Assembly: GCF_006345805.1 (NCBI RefSeq)
Contig: NW_021825593.1
Coordinates: 1-15,021, forward strand
DNA length: 15,021 bases
Direction of reading: 5' to 3'
Source of the DNA: Octopus sinensis
Lineage: Eukaryota
Made by a program: the position numbers and the translations under genes. A model generated the notes under the pieces. That model made no database searches. It was not told the DNA's origin and worked only from the letters and a program-made list of their open reading frames with translations. Shown here piece after piece: positions 11,159 through 15,021 of this stretch (position 1 is its first letter; each line of letters opens with the position of its first letter).

Positions 11159-11954
11159 GAATTAAAGAACACAAATGAGGAGCTTAAAATTTACGACACC
11201 TGTTTCGGTAGAACGTTATTGGCTAAAATTTTATCTGAAGATGATTGATTATATGCTATGATATAATCTAGGTAGTGGGTAGCGATTTTCTTCACTACTT
11301 CAGGGAGTGACGACCCTGCTTGACACGAGTCCCGGGCTCAGCTGGCTCCGGATGACAGTACCCGGTATGGGTCCCTATCCAGAGTTACAGAAAGAGACAA
11401 CCTTCAAAGAAATACGGAGAGGCGGTTTAGTGTTCGACTCGACACTCTTCCGGCAGCTCCTGCAACCAAGCTGGTGACAAATGTAATGCTCTGCAATCCT
11501 TTGAACTACGTCAGCAAGGTCGAGAGAGGAATCCTGACGATTGGGCTACCCAGGATTTTCTTACATCTAGCCCAGTCCTGCGCAAAACTAGAGAGGAAAT
11601 TGGAGGGGACATGAAATGTAAAAACCTGACTGGATTAGTTTATGCGCAACTCCATTGTCTCCCCAGACAAAAGGATGCCAACAACAATATATGAATACAA
11701 TAATAAAGTTTTGCCAAAACATATAAATTTGAAACCCCACTTATGTTCTCTTTGTACCTACGCCGCACCTGCAACCAGCCCTGACTCGAATCTACGGTTT
11801 AAATTTGATTTGGTACTTACATATCTACTGTATCCTCCCAATACCTGATATATTCATAGTTGTTTTACTTCATGTGAACTTTATGTTATAGTACCTAGCT
11901 ATTTCTGGCGTCCTGCGTGATGATATGCCTAGATTCTATGGAATCCTATAACTT

Positions 11955-12188
<234 letters not shown>

Positions 12189-12516
12189 AAAGGAGCACTC
12201 CCTCGGTTCCGACGCGGAGGGTCCCAGCTGATACGCTCAGCGGAACAGTTTGCTCGTGAAATTTACGTTCAAGTGACTTAGCATTCCACAGACACGTGTA
12301 CCCTTAACGTAGTTCTCAGGGTGATTCAGGGTGATACACAGTGTGACAAGGCTGGCCCTTTGAAATACAGGCACTACTCATTTTTGCCAGCTGAGTAGAC
12401 TGGAGCAACGTGAAATAAAGTGTTTTGCTCAGGGACACAACGCATCGTCGGGAATTGAACTCATGACCTTACGATTGTGAGCCGAATGCCCTAACCACTA
12501 AGCCACGAGCCCTCAC
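12189..12516 (-). mobile_element. tRNA-derived SINE family B, near full length
   Basis: Reverse complement: GTGAGGGCTCGTGGCTTAGTGGTTAGGG (A box TGGCTTAGTGG), B box GAGTTCAATTCC, then TGTGTCCCTGAGCAAAACACTT..CAGCTGGCAAAAATGAGT (CORE/V-domain-like segment), about 330 nt in total. Confidence 0.85.
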
Positions 12517-12526
12517 ATATAATATA

Positions 12527-12771
12527 TTACTCTCTTTTACTTTTACTGGTTTCAGTCATTTGACTGCGGCCATTCTGGAGCACCACCTTTAGTCGAGAAA
12601 ATCGACCCCAGGACTTATTCTTTGTAAGCCTAGTACTTATTCTATCGTACTCTTTTGCTGAACCGCTATGTTACGGGGACGTAAACACACCAGCATCGGT
12701 TGTCAAGAGATGTTGGGATGGGGTCATGTGGTTGGCAAGCAAGCTATTTACCACACAGCCACTCCTGCGCC
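12527..12771 (-). mobile_element. SINE family C with internal deletion (tRNA head fused to 3' body)
   Basis: Head GGCGCAGGAGTGGCTGTGTGGTAA (A box) at ~12725-12771 joins directly to a body at 12527-12717 that is nearly identical to 14867-15021. No B box is present. Tail is (GTAAAAGA)-like. Confidence 0.85.
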
Positions 12772-12888
12772 TATGGATGTAATAGGTAAGATGTCAAAAT
12801 ATTGCGTATAAAATATACCCACACATACATCTATATATACACGGGTGTGTGTCTGTATGTATGCGTGTATGTATGTACATGATATATA

Positions 12889-12950
12889 TTCTTTATTTAT
12901 TTCTTTATCTAGTTTCAGCACACGAGCTGTGGCCATGCTGGGGCACCGCC
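12889..12950 (-). mobile_element. Isolated retroposon 3' tail related to the SINE C tail
   Basis: Reverse complement GGCGGTGCCCCAGCATGGCCACAGCTCGTGTGCTGAAACTAGATAAAGAA versus SINE C GGCGGTGCTCCAGCATGGCCGCAGTCAAATGACTGAAACAAGTAAAAGA. Confidence 0.75.
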
Positions 12951-12976
12951 ATATATATATATAATATATATATATT

Positions 12977-13008
<32 letters not shown>

Positions 13009-13280
13009 ACATATATATATATACATATTTATACATACAATACATACATATATATATATATATACATATATATACATACATATATATACATATATATATA
13101 CTATATACATACATATATATATACATATATATACATATATATATAATTATATATAATATATATATATACTATATATACATATACATATATATATACATAC
13201 TCATATATATATATACATATATATACATATACATATATATATACATACTCATATATACCGACACACACGCACACACACAA
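12951..13280. repeat. Degenerate (TA)n/(TACA)n tract ending in (CA)n
   Basis: Direct reading. Confidence 0.95.
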
Positions 13281-13555
13281 ATGTTCGTTCATATACACAC
13301 TCGTATCTCTTTACACTTGTATCTATATCTATCCACACACAAACTAACCACAAACCAACACAAATCTGTAGAGCGCGGCCATTCGAAAAAGAGGCCACGT
13401 GACTGCCGTCTTTTTGATTTATAACTTCCGTTATGATGCTTCTTAAGTCTTACAGAAGACTTCCATTGATTAGCAGACGATCGTGTTTCTACAACATTTT
13501 CATTACAGTTCAATTTCCTCATAATCTATTTTCTCATCATGTGATATTCAACCGA

Positions 13556-13823
13556 TGTTGTTATTGTCATTGTTGCCTCTCTTTCTCTCTTTCTGTCGTT
13601 TTTGTTGTTGTTGTTTGACATTGTCTTCTTCTCTGACTTGTCTTGTCCTCCATTTGTGCTGTTTGTTTTTCTGTTTACTTTTTGGTTGTTTTTGGTTGTT
13701 CTCGTGGCTTATTATATATCTTGTTTCTGTGGCTGTTGTTGTGGTTGTTGGTGTTCTTGTTCTTGGTGTTGTTGTCGTCGTAGTCGTCGTTGGTAGTGTC
13801 GTCGCTGTCATTATAGTCGTTGA

Positions 13824-13903
<80 letters not shown>

Positions 13904-14241
13904 CACTACTACTACAACAACAACTACTACTACTACTACGACCACTACCATCACCGCCGCCGCCGCCACCACCATCGCCACCACCACCACCACTACCACC
14001 ACCTCTACTACTACTACTACAACTGCTACTACCACCACCACCACTACTACTACTACTAAGATGACGACGACGACGACGATGGCGACTATCACCTCTACCA
14101 CCAACATCACGACTATTACTAAAACGACTACCACCATCACCACCACCAAGAACAACAACAACAACAACAGCAACGACAACAAAACCACCACCACCGCTAC
14201 TACAATCCCCACCACTACCATCGCCACCAGTATCACCATCA
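13556..14241. repeat. Compound trinucleotide low-complexity region: (GTT)/(GTC), then (CTA)n, (CCA), (CCG), (GAC), (CAA)
   Basis: Direct reading. It explains the overlapping poly-S/L/V/Y/T ORFs on both strands. Confidence 0.92.
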
Positions 14242-14866
14242 GGTGAACCGACATTGTGCGCTGTGTTTTTCCTAAGGCTTAGGGGCGAAACGCTTCTGAC
14301 CCTAAGATACTTGCTGATGATATGAAAGAGTTTCCTGCATTGCAATGAATTTAGAAGAGCTTGCAAAACCCTTGAATAGCCCCTGAAGTTTCTGCATGTA
14401 GTAAAACATCTCTGATGTTTATTTAAACTGGCTTGAAATTTGTAGGTTATCTGGCTACTATTTCTAGCAAGTTACACGAACACGTCAAAGGTTCCTCATT
14501 GAAATCCTCATTGTAAATTCGTTTGTTGATCTTATCTTGATTTCTTCCCGTTGTTGTTCATTAATGATCGCAGTCACTATTGATTTCTCTCGTAGTGATA
14601 GGAAAAGATGCAAGCAAGTTTGGAGCGTGAGAGACGCGGGATCACTGCCTTCTCATCACGTGCAAGTACGACTGTGCTCAAAATTTCCTCTGCCTTGTGA
14701 TGTATGATTAATTGACATGGAGCTGAAAAGTGTCTCAATTGCCCTTGGATTCTGGAAACTGCTGTTACATGACCACGCTGAGGCGGGACAACCGTTGGAG
14801 ACATCACTCTCCTTTTACAAAACAGGGGCCTATAAGACCTACTTCGGAACTCAGCATCAAGAGGTG

Positions 14867-15021
14867 TACTCTTTTACTCTTTTACTTGTTTCAGTCATTT
14901 GACTGCGGCCATGCTGGAGCACCGCCTTTAGTCGAGCAAATCGACCCCGGGACTTATTCTTTGTAAGCCCAGTACTTATTCTATCGGTCTCTTTTGCCGA
15001 ACCGCTAAGTGACGGGGACGT
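14867..15021 (-). mobile_element. SINE family C 3' part (runs off the window end)
   Basis: Near-identical to 12527-12682, with a (TACTCTTT)n tail on the + strand. Confidence 0.9.

Noticed and set aside
11195-11207. Minus-strand CGAAACAGGTGTC resembling the 3' half of a Penelope hammerhead
   Set aside because: There is no CTGANGA at a suitable distance; the nearest look-alike, CTGAAGT, is about 95 nt away.
12440-12516. tRNA-like sequence with A and B boxes
   Set aside because: It has no full cloverleaf or acceptor stem and continues into a SINE body, so it is a SINE head rather than a tRNA gene.
14277-14328. CTTAGGG..CCCTAAG hairpin and nearby CTGATGATATGAAA
   Set aside because: There is no helix II between CTGATGA and GAAA, and the order does not fit a hammerhead.
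13548-14366. 272-aa Ser/Gly/Thr-rich ORF and overlapping ORFs
   Set aside because: A compound trinucleotide microsatellite is open in several frames on both strands; there is no domain or splice evidence.

Overview
Eukaryotic, gene-free, repeat-dominated DNA. The SINE repertoire and microsatellite load resemble a cephalopod genome, probably Octopus (recognised from memory, not searched). No intact host gene is supportable, and almost all listed ORFs are microsatellite artefacts. Contents: a decayed mariner (DD34D-type) on the minus strand (673-2118) interrupted by a SINE trimer and cut off by a ~1.83 kb (AAT)n array; two head-to-tail pieces of a Tx1/L1-clade LINE, each beginning directly after a (TCTA)n tract (ORF2 C-terminus plus 3'UTR at 4957-5585; ORF1 end plus ORF2 APE endonuclease at 5623-7667); an internally deleted maT/DD37D-like transposon (8500-9472); and at least three tRNA-derived SINE families. 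Main observations: (1) SINE family A shares its ~43-nt 3' tail (37/43 identical, stem-loop plus AATAAA) with the Tx1-like LINE in the same window, a candidate SINE/LINE partner pair; (2) the LINE appears associated with (TCTA)n microsatellites; (3) SINE A occurs as a trimer inside a single TSD; (4) a 354-bp direct-repeat-bounded unit contains a degenerate minimal hammerhead-like motif (retrozyme/Penelope-like).
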